A stretch of DNA of 64,000 nt from a virus (IMGVR_UViG_3300033076_000411:1-64000); one strand, 5' to 3'; numbered from the stretch's first letter, positions 36,831 through 47,782 are shown. Notes: generated by a model not told the origin, from the sequence alone. Translations and numbers: made by a program.

Positions 36831-39800
36831 TGGCTTATATCGGTATTAATCCTAATACACCGTTGCTTAATACCAGCACTGAATTCTTTAGTGGAAATAG
36901 TGCTGCTACTGAGTTTACGTTGAACAGAGCAGTTTCATCAGCGTCGGATCTTGACGTTATGATCGGCACTACATTGCAGCGTCCGTATACAGATTATACC
37001 GCTGGGAACACAACATTGTTGTTCACAAGTGCTCCAGGCACTGGATCTAATAACATCACTGTTACATATCGTGCTGGTGCTCTAAACTCTCTAGACTTGA
37101 CAGCCAGCGTTTTTAACTCTGGCACAGAAGGCAACCCCAGTGTCTACTCATTAGCAGGCGACAACACAGGTATCTACTGGGCTAACTCACAATCGATGAG
37201 TGTCACAGTTCAAGGATCGGACCGTGTAGTATTCAACGGCAACGCTACTTCGGTTAGTTCAACAACTGGTGCGATTGTTGTTGCAGGTGGAGTTGGCGCA
37301 GCAGGCAACGTTAATGTAACTGGAATTATTGCTACTTCCAACAACACAGAAAGTTCATCAGTTTATAATGGTGCTCTAACTGTGGGCGGCGGAGCAGGCA
37401 TTGTTGGTAACTTAAACGTTGGCGGAGATATTACCTGCGTTGGTGACTTTACAGTTAACGGTATCTTTACTACTACTGGTACAGACTCTCTAGAAGTTAA
37501 CGATCCGTTTATCTTCTTGGCCAACGCCAACCCAGGCGACACTTACGATACAGGTGTTGTCTCTCAATACTACGATGGTGCAAATACTCGTTACACTGGT
37601 TATTTCCGCGACATCACAGATAACAAATACAAGTTGTTTGGTAATTTGTTAACAAAACCCAGTACAACAGTTGACACAGGTAATGCAAGTTTCCAACTAC
37701 AAGATTTAGTCTTAGCCAATCTATCTGCTACTGGTACAGTTAATGCAGCATACTTGTACGGTGACGGTTCTAATTTAACAGGTATCTCCACAGATACTAC
37801 ACAAATTTTAAATAGCACCAGTAAGGTTATTATTCCTTCGGCTAACGGCAACATTGTTGCCAACGTTAACGGTGTTACAATCGCTAACATTTGGTCTAGC
37901 GGTATCGCTGTAGTTGGTGGTGTTACTACAACAACTACTCTTAGTGCAACCGGTAACGTTGCTGGTGGCAACATCACAACTGCTGGTGCTGTTAGCGCCG
38001 CTGGTAACATCGTTACCAGCACAGGCAATGTAAGTGGCGGCAATATTTTAACTGGCGGTTTAATCCAAGCCACTGCTAACATTGACGGGGGCAACTTACG
38101 TACTACTGGGCAAGTATCAGCAGGTGGCAACATTCAAGGCGGTAACATTAAAACTGCTGGATTGATTTCGGCAACTGGTGATATCTACGGTACTAACTTT
38201 ATTGGAACTACTGCTACTGCAACTGCTAACATCGACGGTGGTAATATCATCAGCCAAGGTATTGTAACCACAGTTGGCGATATCTTAGGTGGTGGCGCAG
38301 TAAGTGCAGTTGGTAACATCACCGGCGGCAATGTTAACACAGGTATTTTAAGTTTAACCGGTAACATTCTTGGTGCTATTAACACAGTTTCGAACGTTAC
38401 AACAACTGGTAACATTGCTGGTGGCAATATATTTGCATCGCAATTGTTGCAAGGTGTGACATTGAGTGCGTCAGGCGGAGTTACATTCAGCACCTCTGCA
38501 CAAGCAATTAATATTGCTACAAGCCAAACAACTGGTAATGCAAATATTGGCGGAACAGCACAAACAGGTTTCATTACCGTTGGCCGCTCAACCGCCACAC
38601 AACCAATCTACATTGGCAACGGTGTCACATCATCAGGCAACACCAAAACTCTCAGCATTGGTGAAAATGGTGCAGCAGGGTCTACAACTACTATTGGGAT
38701 AGGTGCTGCATTAGGCACAGGCTCAGCAACATTTAACGCTGCAACTCCTGTAGCAATTGCTAACACCAGCGGTACTGCTCTTAGTGTAGCAGGTAATATC
38801 ACAGGCGGTAACTTGTCTACATCAGGTAGCGGTGGCAACATTACAGGTGCCAACGTTGTATCTGCAACAACGTTTAACGGTACCACTATTTCAATGTCGG
38901 GTAACATCACAGGCGGTAACGTTATTTCGATTGCTGCGGTAAGTGCTGTATCCGTAGTAGCAACTGGCAACGTAAACGGTGGCAACCTAATTACCACCGG
39001 TGCTATTTCTGCAGGTGGATTAGTTTCTGCAACTGGTAACGTAACAGGCGGTAACATCAACACAGCAGGTTTAGTAAGTTCAACAGGTAACGTTACCAAC
39101 GGCATTGCTAACGTACTTACTGGTAACTTGCTTGCCACAACATTGGTATCAGGGGCAACACTAACTGGCACAACACTCAGTGCGTCAGGTAACGTTGTTG
39201 GTGGTAACTTAAATGCTGCTGGACTGAGCCTAAGTGGCAACGTTATCTCAGCGTTGAACATGGTTACAGCCATTACTACCACTGCTAACATCACCGGCGG
39301 CAACATTTTAACCAGTGGATTAATCAGTGCAACTGGTGCAGTTACTGGCAGTCAGTTCAACGGTTCAGGTGCTGGACTTACATCGATTCCGGCAGCAAAC
39401 GTAACAGGTACATTGAGTGTTAATACCACAGGCTATGCAGCCACAGTATCTGGTGCAGCCCAGGCAAACATTACTTCAGTTGGTACACTAACAAGTTTAG
39501 CAGTTACTGGCGCAGTTACAGCCGGAAGTTTGAATATTTCAACAGGTACCGCCAACGTTGGTAGTATCACCAATGCTAACGCAACTGGTGTAGGCAATAT
39601 CGGTAATGCTACTGTGGGCTTTAACACAATATTTGCTAAAGCAACATCAGCACAATACGCTGACTTGGCAGAAAATTATGCAGCCGATGCAAAATATGCT
39701 CCGGGTACTGTGTTAGAATTTGGTGGTGAATTTGAAGTTACTGTTGCTAAACCAGGCAGTGCTCGAGTAGCAGGTGTGGTGTCTACTAACCCAGCGCACG

Positions 39801-40027
39801 TTATGAATTCAACCCTAGCAGCAGAACACATTGCTACATTGGCACTAACTGGTCGAGTACCAACAAGCGTAGTAGGAACAGTGCGCAAGGGTGATTTAAT
39901 GATTCCAGCAGGCAACGGTCAGGCTCAGGCATGTGCAACTCCTGTTATTGGATCAGTAATCGGTAAAGCACTTGAAAACTTCGATGGCGAAGCAGGTGTA
40001 ATTGAAGTTGTAGTCGGTAGACTATAA
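36830..40027 (+). CDS. Tail fibre protein with C-terminal peptidase G2-like intramolecular chaperone domain
   Basis: GN repeats; C-terminal YADLAENY...GTVL..G...VAGVVSTNPAHVMN...LALTGRVP..V.G.V.KGDL. Confidence 0.75.
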   Translation: MAYIGINPNTPLLNTSTEFFSGNSAATEFTLNRAVSSASDLDVMIGTTLQRPYTDYTAGNTTLLFTSAPGTGSNNITVTYRAGALNSLDLTASVFNSGTEGNPSVYSLAGDNTGIYWANSQSMSVTVQGSDRVVFNGNATSVSSTTGAIVVAGGVGAAGNVNVTGIIATSNNTESSSVYNGALTVGGGAGIVGNLNVGGDITCVGDFTVNGIFTTTGTDSLEVNDPFIFLANANPGDTYDTGVVSQYYDGANTRYTGYFRDITDNKYKLFGNLLTKPSTTVDTGNASFQLQDLVLANLSATGTVNAAYLYGDGSNLTGISTDTTQILNSTSKVIIPSANGNIVANVNGVTIANIWSSGIAVVGGVTTTTTLSATGNVAGGNITTAGAVSAAGNIVTSTGNVSGGNILTGGLIQATANIDGGNLRTTGQVSAGGNIQGGNIKTAGLISATGDIYGTNFIGTTATATANIDGGNIISQGIVTTVGDILGGGAVSAVGNITGGNVNTGILSLTGNILGAINTVSNVTTTGNIAGGNIFASQLLQGVTLSASGGVTFSTSAQAINIATSQTTGNANIGGTAQTGFITVGRSTATQPIYIGNGVTSSGNTKTLSIGENGAAGSTTTIGIGAALGTGSATFNAATPVAIANTSGTALSVAGNITGGNLSTSGSGGNITGANVVSATTFNGTTISMSGNITGGNVISIAAVSAVSVVATGNVNGGNLITTGAISAGGLVSATGNVTGGNINTAGLVSSTGNVTNGIANVLTGNLLATTLVSGATLTGTTLSASGNVVGGNLNAAGLSLSGNVISALNMVTAITTTANITGGNILTSGLISATGAVTGSQFNGSGAGLTSIPAANVTGTLSVNTTGYAATVSGAAQANITSVGTLTSLAVTGAVTAGSLNISTGTANVGSITNANATGVGNIGNATVGFNTIFAKATSAQYADLAENYAADAKYAPGTVLEFGGEFEVTVAKPGSARVAGVVSTNPAHVMNSTLAAEHIATLALTGRVPTSVVGTVRKGDLMIPAGNGQAQACATPVIGSVIGKALENFDGEAGVIEVVVGRL

Positions 40028-40036
40028 GGATAAAAA

Positions 40037-40429
40037 ATGGCTTACTTAGGTAACACACCACAAATTGGACAATATAGAAAGATGGATAGCCTATCTTTCA
40101 ATGGAGTCACACAAACGTTCAACATCACAGTTGATGGGGTAGCATTTACTCCCCCTACTGCGTATGCAATGATGGTAAGTTTGGACAACGTGATACTGAA
40201 TCCTGGCGTTGATTTTAGTATTTCGGGTTCACAAATAAGTTTCGCGGTGCCCCCAGAAAACTTAACACCATTTTTCGGCTTGCTGTTTGGCGATACGCTA
40301 TATACTGGCACACCCAGCGATGCTACTGTTATAGACAGCAAAATTGCAACAGGAACAATAAGTTACAACAAATTCAGTGTTGACACACAAGCAACATTGA
40401 CGGCTAATCAAATCATATTTGGAGTTTAA
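40037..40429 (+). CDS. Small virion structural protein
   Basis: MAYLGNTP N-terminus parallels MAYIGINP of the upstream gene; F.G.TQTF.I...LDNVILNPG.DFSISGSQISF..PP fibre-type module. Confidence 0.65.
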   Translation: MAYLGNTPQIGQYRKMDSLSFNGVTQTFNITVDGVAFTPPTAYAMMVSLDNVILNPGVDFSISGSQISFAVPPENLTPFFGLLFGDTLYTGTPSDATVIDSKIATGTISYNKFSVDTQATLTANQIIFGV

Positions 40430-40432
40430 AAG

Positions 40433-43400
40433 ATGGCAAGAGAAAGAATTAATGAATACGTTTTTACACCAGGAACTGCTGGCTTAGGAACGATCAAAGT
40501 ACAAGGTCGAGTAAATCTCCAAGACTTTTTGGCCATCTATAATACAACAACTAATCAGTCAATTTATAATTTTGGCGCACCTACTCAAGGTGGTACAGTG
40601 AGTTGGGCCGATGGTACAACTGCTGATTTTCCAGCAGCATACGCAGGTGTTACTACTCTTACACTAGACCTTGACACTAGCACAATGAGCGCCAATGATA
40701 AGTTGGCCATCTATATCGAAGGTGAGTATATTGCCACACAACCTTGGGCGTTTGGCATGGATGCCATTGGCCGCAGCCGTGTTGCAAATCCAGAAGCCCT
40801 GATTGACGCTGACTTTGAATATGGCTTACAAAATACCAAGTGGCAGAACTTTTCTACAAACAACAACATTCCTGGATTCTTTGAATATACAGGCGCTGAC
40901 ATTTTCCTGGCGACCAACGGTTATGTTTCTTTCCTTGCTGGCGATGATACTATTTCGTCAAACATTGATACATCTGTAAAACTAAGCAACCCAGGTACTC
41001 CTGAATGGGCCACAAATGATTTTGCTTTGCTTATTAGTCAAACACAAGGCAACGTAACTCCTTTTGTAACTACCTATGTTTCTACAGCAGTACCTAGTCC
41101 GCAAGAACGTACATTTACTGTGGCCAGCACTACAGGTATCTCTGCAGACGACAATGTATTATTGTTACCAATTCCCGCTAGTGCAGCGACTACTTTGGCG
41201 ACAACCATTTCAAGCACAGCAACTACTTCTGTTGTAGTGGCCAACGCTGCTGGTATTGTTGACGGTAACTATATTACAATCGAAACTGCTACTGCAAACG
41301 TATTTGAAGTTATGGCAGTTACCAACGTATCGGCAAACACACTCACGGTTACACGCCGCACAAACAACACCAACGGTGCTGGCTCAAACATTAACTCAGG
41401 CAAGAACGTTTATGTTCTTGGCGAACCAGAAATTGCCAAAGTATACGAAGTCACAGACTCAACTACGTTACAATTGCAGCGTGGTTGGTACAACATTCCT
41501 AGTGCAAACAGTTTGCCTGTAGGTAGTATTGTTCAACGATTATCGGGCAACGTTGAACTAGTAGAACATACTTCGGTTAGCACAGCAGTTAACGGTACAC
41601 AAACTATTAGTCGCAGTGCATTTGGATCAACAGCATTAACCGCAGCAGGCGCAGGTTCATTAATGGTCCGCATGACTGGTATGTACAATGCTAGCACTAA
41701 TGCCAACGTTCCGCTAGTTGCAGTTAATGCACCCGATCATGGAATCAGTGACGGCGAAGGCGAATATTGTACAGTTCTCAACACTTATAGCAGTAATGCT
41801 GAAGGCCTGAACATTGTTAGTAATCTAGGTTATAATACCAACAACTTTAGTTACTATCCGCACCGTGATCCAGCCCTAGCATTGGGTTACACACTTAATC
41901 AAACAGATACTGTTGTACGTGAAGCATATCCATTTGATGGTGCTGACCTTGATATTACTAGTATCACTAGTGATGGTGCTAACCCAAGTACAATTACTGT
42001 AACAACAACTTATGCTCACGGCTTGGTACCCGGAACTCCAATCTTGGCTAACCTAATGTCTGGAACCAACTATGCCTACGGTCTAGGTAGTTTCTTGATC
42101 CTCAGTGTACCAAGTACAACTACATTCACATACCAAGCAAAAACTGGTGCAGCAGTATCTGGAAGTATTACAGGAACAATCAACGTTCGTTCTAATGCAA
42201 CATTCTTGCCAAGACCATTTGACGGTGGTGTTATCTTAGGCCCAGGCGTTCCTACACACGGCGCAAGTGCTATTCGTCAAACCAAGAAGTACTTCCGTTA
42301 TCAATCTGGTAAAGGTATCTTGTTTACGTCTGGTACAATGTTGAAGCCAACATTTGACATTACTACTTTGTCAGCCGATGGAACAGCAGTTAACAGTATC
42401 ATTACAGTAACCACAGACTTAGAAAACGGTTTACAAAAAGGTGCAGTTATCGGTATTTCTGGAGTGAACACAACAGGATATTCAAGATCAGGGTATGTAG
42501 TAACCAGTATCATTAGTGATACAAGTTTTACCGTTCAAGCACAGGTAGAACTCGGTTCTGCTACTCCTGATCTAGCACCTCAGCCTAGAGTAAACACAGA
42601 ATCCTGGCATGGTAGTTCAATCCGTGCAGGTATTTTTGATGATCAGAACGGTATGTTCTGGGAATGTGATGGCACAAACATCAACGTAGTACAACGCAGT
42701 TCAACATTCCAGGTTGCTGGATATGTGTCTGTAGGCGTTGGATCGAACTTGGTTGTAGGTGATACAATTTGCCGATTCCAAGACCAACTCAACAATGGCG
42801 ACAATGTTGTTATACGCGGCATGACTCATACTGTGACATCTATCTTAGATCAACAACGTATGACTGTTGTTCCTCCTTATCGCGGCGTTTCTAACCAGAA
42901 CCGTGTTAAGATGTGTTTGCGCCAAGAAATTCGCGTACACCAAGAAGATTTCAACATTGATCCACTTGATGGCACTGGACCGAGTGGCTATACTCTCAAC
43001 CCAAGCAAGATGCAGATGTTGGGTGTAGAATACTCATGGTACGGTGCAGGTTATGTACAGTGGATGATCCGTGGCCAAGCCGGTGAGTTTATTATGGCAC
43101 ACCGTCGCCCTAACAACAACTTGAACAATGAAGCATACTTGCGTTCAGGAAACTTGCCAGCACGTTATGAAGCGATCAACGAAAGTCCAGTTAACAGTTT
43201 GGCATCAGCGATCGACGATACTCAAACAACGATTACACTAAATGATGCTACAGAGTATCCAAATGCCAGCGTAACATATCCAGCGTTTGTGATGATTGAC
43301 AGTGAAATTATCAAATATTCAGGCAAGTCGGGCAACGACTTAACTGGTTGCACTCGTGCTGCAACATTTACTCAGTGGATTGAAGGCGCAAACCGTAGTT

Positions 43401-44395
43401 TCACTTCTAGTGGAGCAACAAGTCATGCAACCAACACTGGTGTTATTTTGATCAGTAACACATGTGCGCCGTTGGTTAATCACTGGGGTTCATCAGTAAT
43501 CATGGACGGTAATTTTGACGGTGACCAAGGCTATCAATTTACATATTCAAGAAACAACTACGGTTTGCCAGCAACAGTTGGTTTAAAACAAGTAGCATTC
43601 TGTATGCGTTTAGCACCTAGTGTATCTAACTCAATTATTGGTGACCTAGGTGAGCGTGACTTGATTAACCGCGCACAGGTTACATTGAACAACATGGTGT
43701 TTAACATCACTGCTGGACGTTATCTTGTTGAAGGTATTTTGAACCCAAGCAACATCGATGCTTCAACAACTAGTTGGACAGGCCTAAACAACCTAGGTGG
43801 AGGATTCCAACCTAGTTTCTGTGAATTCTCAACTGCTCCTACGTACACCGACCAAACAACAGGCGGCGTAACATCTAGTACTTACGGATCAACTGGCGGC
43901 TTCTCAAAGTCAGGTACTAAGATTGTGACAAGTGGTTCTAAAACTTACGCAGGATTGAGTTTAACCAACGTGTCTAGTTCAGGTTCGGGGGCCAACGTCA
44001 CAGTTCAATTGACTGCTGCTGGTTCGACTTATAACAACAATGACGTACAAATCACTGTTCAGAATCCAGGCACAGGCTACGCTGTTGGCGATACAGTTAA
44101 GATTCTTGGAACATCGTTAGGTGGAGCAACACCAGCAAACGATTTGAACTTGACTATTGCTGCGATTACAACAGAACTAGTAGGTGGCGAGCGTTTGTTT
44201 GCTATCCCAATTTCAACAACTAACTCAGGACAACTTGATCTAAGTTCGGTTAAGCAAATTGGTACTAGTGCTATTCCAGGCACTGGGGTATATCCAAATG
44301 GTCCAGAAGTACTAGCAATTCAAATTACTGCCCTGGTAACGTCATCGGCTCCGGTTGGCGAGATACAGTTACAGTATTTCGAAAGCCAGGCTTAA
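40433..44395 (+). CDS. Large virion structural protein (1320 aa)
   Basis: DAIGRSRVANPEALIDADFEYGLQ.TKW, RQTKKYFRYQSGKG, YSWYGAG motifs seen in T4-like structural proteins. Confidence 0.7.
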   Translation: MARERINEYVFTPGTAGLGTIKVQGRVNLQDFLAIYNTTTNQSIYNFGAPTQGGTVSWADGTTADFPAAYAGVTTLTLDLDTSTMSANDKLAIYIEGEYIATQPWAFGMDAIGRSRVANPEALIDADFEYGLQNTKWQNFSTNNNIPGFFEYTGADIFLATNGYVSFLAGDDTISSNIDTSVKLSNPGTPEWATNDFALLISQTQGNVTPFVTTYVSTAVPSPQERTFTVASTTGISADDNVLLLPIPASAATTLATTISSTATTSVVVANAAGIVDGNYITIETATANVFEVMAVTNVSANTLTVTRRTNNTNGAGSNINSGKNVYVLGEPEIAKVYEVTDSTTLQLQRGWYNIPSANSLPVGSIVQRLSGNVELVEHTSVSTAVNGTQTISRSAFGSTALTAAGAGSLMVRMTGMYNASTNANVPLVAVNAPDHGISDGEGEYCTVLNTYSSNAEGLNIVSNLGYNTNNFSYYPHRDPALALGYTLNQTDTVVREAYPFDGADLDITSITSDGANPSTITVTTTYAHGLVPGTPILANLMSGTNYAYGLGSFLILSVPSTTTFTYQAKTGAAVSGSITGTINVRSNATFLPRPFDGGVILGPGVPTHGASAIRQTKKYFRYQSGKGILFTSGTMLKPTFDITTLSADGTAVNSIITVTTDLENGLQKGAVIGISGVNTTGYSRSGYVVTSIISDTSFTVQAQVELGSATPDLAPQPRVNTESWHGSSIRAGIFDDQNGMFWECDGTNINVVQRSSTFQVAGYVSVGVGSNLVVGDTICRFQDQLNNGDNVVIRGMTHTVTSILDQQRMTVVPPYRGVSNQNRVKMCLRQEIRVHQEDFNIDPLDGTGPSGYTLNPSKMQMLGVEYSWYGAGYVQWMIRGQAGEFIMAHRRPNNNLNNEAYLRSGNLPARYEAINESPVNSLASAIDDTQTTITLNDATEYPNASVTYPAFVMIDSEIIKYSGKSGNDLTGCTRAATFTQWIEGANRSFTSSGATSHATNTGVILISNTCAPLVNHWGSSVIMDGNFDGDQGYQFTYSRNNYGLPATVGLKQVAFCMRLAPSVSNSIIGDLGERDLINRAQVTLNNMVFNITAGRYLVEGILNPSNIDASTTSWTGLNNLGGGFQPSFCEFSTAPTYTDQTTGGVTSSTYGSTGGFSKSGTKIVTSGSKTYAGLSLTNVSSSGSGANVTVQLTAAGSTYNNNDVQITVQNPGTGYAVGDTVKILGTSLGGATPANDLNLTIAAITTELVGGERLFAIPISTTNSGQLDLSSVKQIGTSAIPGTGVYPNGPEVLAIQITALVTSSAPVGEIQLQYFESQA

Positions 44396-44826
44396 CGAAC
44401 AAGATCCTGCTCAACAAGCAGGATTTTGCTTTGTACTGCTTCAATGTTTACAGTACTCCAGAGGCCTGGGTGCATAGGACGAGGGAATGTGCCTGAATCG
44501 ATCCAGGCATATCCTATGTGCTCGTGATTGAGTGTAGGAACAAACTCGTAGGCCACAATGCATACCCAGGTATGATATTCAAATACACCATCTGAGCCTG
44601 TGAATTTTTCTAACGGGATAAGTTTTTTGTAGGCAGGGAAATAGCCTAGTTCTTCAATGCATTCTCTTTCCATACCACCTAGAAGAGTTTCGCCTTCTTC
44701 AATTTTGCCACCCGGTAACCCCCAAGCACCGGGATGCTTTGGGTCGTTGCGTAGTAGATAAAGATAGCGTCCTGTAGATGCACTACGGAACCAAACGCCA
44801 ACGGCTTTCAAAGTACGAGTCTCCAT
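44392..44826 (-). CDS. NUDIX hydrolase
   Basis: Nudix box WGLPGGKIEEGETLLGGMERECIEELG. Confidence 0.9.
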   Translation of the reverse strand: METRTLKAVGVWFRSASTGRYLYLLRNDPKHPGAWGLPGGKIEEGETLLGGMERECIEELGYFPAYKKLIPLEKFTGSDGVFEYHTWVCIVAYEFVPTLNHEHIGYAWIDSGTFPRPMHPGLWSTVNIEAVQSKILLVEQDLVR

Positions 44827-46190
44827 GTACCACCAGGATACACGCCTTGATAACTTTTAATCCATTCTTGGCCAGTCCACAGATATTGTTGTGCGGTTGT
44901 TAAGTTAGTAACAAACTGTTCGCCGCCTTGTGCAGCAGCCAAGAATACAATACGCCAGCAGGTGCCGTCGTATTCAATGATATCATTGGCACTGGCTTCA
45001 ATTTGACGGCCAAACTCTCCGATCCAAGGCTGTGCTGAACCTACATCGTCTGTTAGCAAATATCTTTGCCCCAGTGCAGCATTTGGCAAGCCTTGACCAG
45101 GTGCGCTAGTCAATGGGTTAATGATAGCATTGATAGCAGGTAACGTATTTTGTGGCACAGTATCGACGTCAACATCAAACAACACAAACCGATCATCATT
45201 TGGGTCTAGGGCAATGGTACCAATAACTTCAGTACCGTCGGGCTGTTCAAATCTAAGTTGACTTACTCCTGGGCGTAATACACCATACATGCCAATGATA
45301 GCAGGCCACAGTAAATTAGAATCAGGGATGATATCTGTTGGAGTCAGTGATGTATTGCTAGGCTCTTGAATAATATTTTTCTGTTGCAAGCATTGCACTT
45401 TGTTGCCAATAAGAACAGTGGCATAGTTATACGGTGTAATAACTTGTCTGGTTCCCATTAGCAAGTCGTTGTTGTAAATTGCTTCAGCAGCATCGCCTTG
45501 TGAATCGTAGATTGACATAACAACACGTTCAACAACACCGAGTTTTTTAACTTTGGCAGGACTTGAAATCCAGATTGGCAAACTAAATTTTAAAGTAGCA
45601 ACGTCAATTGGATTTTCTGTGCCAACAGGAACAGTTCTTGAAGTCCATGTCACAGAATCCAGTTCGCATACAGTTAAACTAGTCCAGTCAATGTAGTTGT
45701 CAGTTGATTGAATTTCTAATGCAGGATTAAACAGAGTTAGCATTTGTTCCAGTAACTGCATTTTTTGATTTGTGTTGCTGGTCCAAATGTCAAGTGTGAT
45801 ACCTAACTTATATGGCACAGGCATTAGTCGTTCAATAGTAAATGCATTACCCTGTGTAGTCTCGTAAGTGTCTGTAACAGTATCATAAGCACGTTGACGA
45901 ACATTCATCTTGCTCACAAAGTACGGCTCTTGCATACGAGGACGATCATAATCTAAACTACTGACATAAAATGTCATTAATGGAGTTGATGGTAAACTAC
46001 TTGCTGAGTTGTTTTGAAGAACAGTTTGTGCATTGCGACTAGCATCACCATAACGAACAGGCACACGAAGCAATGCAGCATTGTTGACACCATCATTTTC
46101 GTTACCGTACTCCACTTGAAAGTTTGACATCATTCTAGTGAATTGCAGTAAGAATCTGCGTATTTGCGCATCGTAAAAAAATTGTTGCAT
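44808..46190 (-). CDS. gp15: Tail terminator/sheath stabilizer, gp15-like, with C-terminal extension
   Basis: FFYD.QIRRFLLQF, VPVRYGD, LMPVPY.L...LDIWT.NT.QKMQLLEQ.L.LFNP. Confidence 0.8.
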   Translation of the reverse strand: MQQFFYDAQIRRFLLQFTRMMSNFQVEYGNENDGVNNAALLRVPVRYGDASRNAQTVLQNNSASSLPSTPLMTFYVSSLDYDRPRMQEPYFVSKMNVRQRAYDTVTDTYETTQGNAFTIERLMPVPYKLGITLDIWTSNTNQKMQLLEQMLTLFNPALEIQSTDNYIDWTSLTVCELDSVTWTSRTVPVGTENPIDVATLKFSLPIWISSPAKVKKLGVVERVVMSIYDSQGDAAEAIYNNDLLMGTRQVITPYNYATVLIGNKVQCLQQKNIIQEPSNTSLTPTDIIPDSNLLWPAIIGMYGVLRPGVSQLRFEQPDGTEVIGTIALDPNDDRFVLFDVDVDTVPQNTLPAINAIINPLTSAPGQGLPNAALGQRYLLTDDVGSAQPWIGEFGRQIEASANDIIEYDGTCWRIVFLAAAQGGEQFVTNLTTAQQYLWTGQEWIKSYQGVYPGGTWRLVL

Positions 46191-46192
46191 GT

Positions 46193-47731
46193 TTAACTCG
46201 ATTTCTGTCCAGGTTGTGTAGGCGGATATGGGTTAGGAGGCAAGTTGCCGTCTTGGTCGCCGTTGTCTGCTTTGGGTTTAAGAATCTGCGACAAACTTTG
46301 GCGACTTGGAATGTTGCCCATATCTGTTGTTGGCACAGTGTATGTATTGTTAACAAAGGACGAGCGTAAAGTATTATTGGTGTTACCATTGTTGAGATCG
46401 TTGCGCACTTTGTCCTCTATCTTAATCCAACGTGCTCCATTGTAACGGAACAAACGATTTGGGAAATAATCTAAACGTAGGCAGTAATCGCCGGACACAG
46501 GATTCAACGGGAAAGCAACTCCGGAAGTAGCCGGCAAGCCGTTTGGCGGGACTCCGTCGCCTGTTAGATAACCTACTGTATAGCCATTGGTTTCTGGGCT
46601 AACACTCATGCCGCCTTGTGTTCCGTCCACTGTGGTAGTTGAGTCTGCGGTAATGCCATTTGGATTAGCAGGGCCGCCTGCGCTGCCAGTATACGGATCC
46701 CAAAATTGTCCATTGGATAATGCAACGCCAGCAGGAACGTTTTGTAAAGCGATCCAGTAATCAGTTCCTACGTTAACTATTGCACCGGTGCTGTAAACAG
46801 AATCTTGGTCCCACAAGTTAAACGTTGTTGGCACACTAGGTGCTGGAGTAATTGTGGGCACAACATAAAATGGTGTAGTATCGTAGCCAGACAGCGGCAC
46901 TTCCACGTTTGCTTGTGTGACGATAGCATCGTTGAGTTGATAATCTTTTTCGCGAGTACCCATTAAATCGCTTTGTGTTGGAGGCGTGTACTCTTCCCAA
47001 TATGTTGTATTGGTAATATCAATATCTGCAGGTGTGTTAATCTTGGCTCGATAATATACATCACTTTGATTAACAATGCTTCCGGCAGGGTAGAAGTTCC
47101 CATTGTCCCAAATAGTTGAATCAACCATGGGCTTCTTAAGAACATCTTTGAATTCTTGAGAGTCTGTTAACGGTGTTGCTTTGACACGCCACAAGTGTGG
47201 TAACCAAGTTTGTGAAAATCCTTCGCTGGCAAATGCTGCATCTTGTACAACATAGTATTTTGGCATAGCCTGCGGAATTGCAGAATTCAATGGATAGTAA
47301 TCTTTTAAGTTTGGTACTTCTAGCACGTCGCCGTTCATTAACTTACGACCAAACGTATCAATCATGTCGTTGTAGTGAAACGTAATAAACAAAGTATCAT
47401 TGTTTAGGAACAAGCCAAATTGCGTTAAATCAAAGTCAATGTCTTGCTGATTGTAAACACCCCGCATGACATAAATGTCTTGATCGTAAATTCTGTCGCG
47501 GTTTTCTAACAACAGCAAGTCTTGGATGTTCAACGGATTTAAGTCGTCGTAGATTGGCTGTGTAGCATCTCCGTTGCCTGAAAGTGCAGAGTCCTCGCCA
47601 CCTGTTTGTGGGCCCATGTATTTGTGGACAAAGATGTCTAGGCCCCCGACTGTGTACATTTCGGAGATTGTGCGGTCCAAAAACTGGTAATCGCGGGTTC
47701 TATTTGGGCGGTAAAGACTTAAACGTGGCAT
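46193..47731 (-). CDS. gp14: Neck protein, gp14-like, with inserted repeat modules
   Basis: G.D....K, DLLLLENRDR.YD, FG.FL.ND...ITFH, GDVLE.P; adjacent to gp15. Confidence 0.7.
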   Translation of the reverse strand: MPRLSLYRPNRTRDYQFLDRTISEMYTVGGLDIFVHKYMGPQTGGEDSALSGNGDATQPIYDDLNPLNIQDLLLLENRDRIYDQDIYVMRGVYNQQDIDFDLTQFGLFLNNDTLFITFHYNDMIDTFGRKLMNGDVLEVPNLKDYYPLNSAIPQAMPKYYVVQDAAFASEGFSQTWLPHLWRVKATPLTDSQEFKDVLKKPMVDSTIWDNGNFYPAGSIVNQSDVYYRAKINTPADIDITNTTYWEEYTPPTQSDLMGTREKDYQLNDAIVTQANVEVPLSGYDTTPFYVVPTITPAPSVPTTFNLWDQDSVYSTGAIVNVGTDYWIALQNVPAGVALSNGQFWDPYTGSAGGPANPNGITADSTTTVDGTQGGMSVSPETNGYTVGYLTGDGVPPNGLPATSGVAFPLNPVSGDYCLRLDYFPNRLFRYNGARWIKIEDKVRNDLNNGNTNNTLRSSFVNNTYTVPTTDMGNIPSRQSLSQILKPKADNGDQDGNLPPNPYPPTQPGQKSS

Positions 47732-47753
47732 AGTAGTACTATTTAGTTACTGG

Positions 47754-47782
47754 TTGACCATAAATTGAGCAAGTGCTATAAT
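47754..47782 (+). promoter_or_regulatory. Sigma70-type promoter
   Basis: TTGACC (47754-47759), 17-nt spacer, TGn-TATAAT (47777-47782). Confidence 0.75.

Noticed and set aside
28302-40027. Many long antisense ORFs (LPPVMLPV repeats) opposite the fibre genes
   Set aside because: Shadow frames of the GGN/AAY/ACN-rich repeats; similar shadows lie opposite 11986-14703 and 16818-17687.
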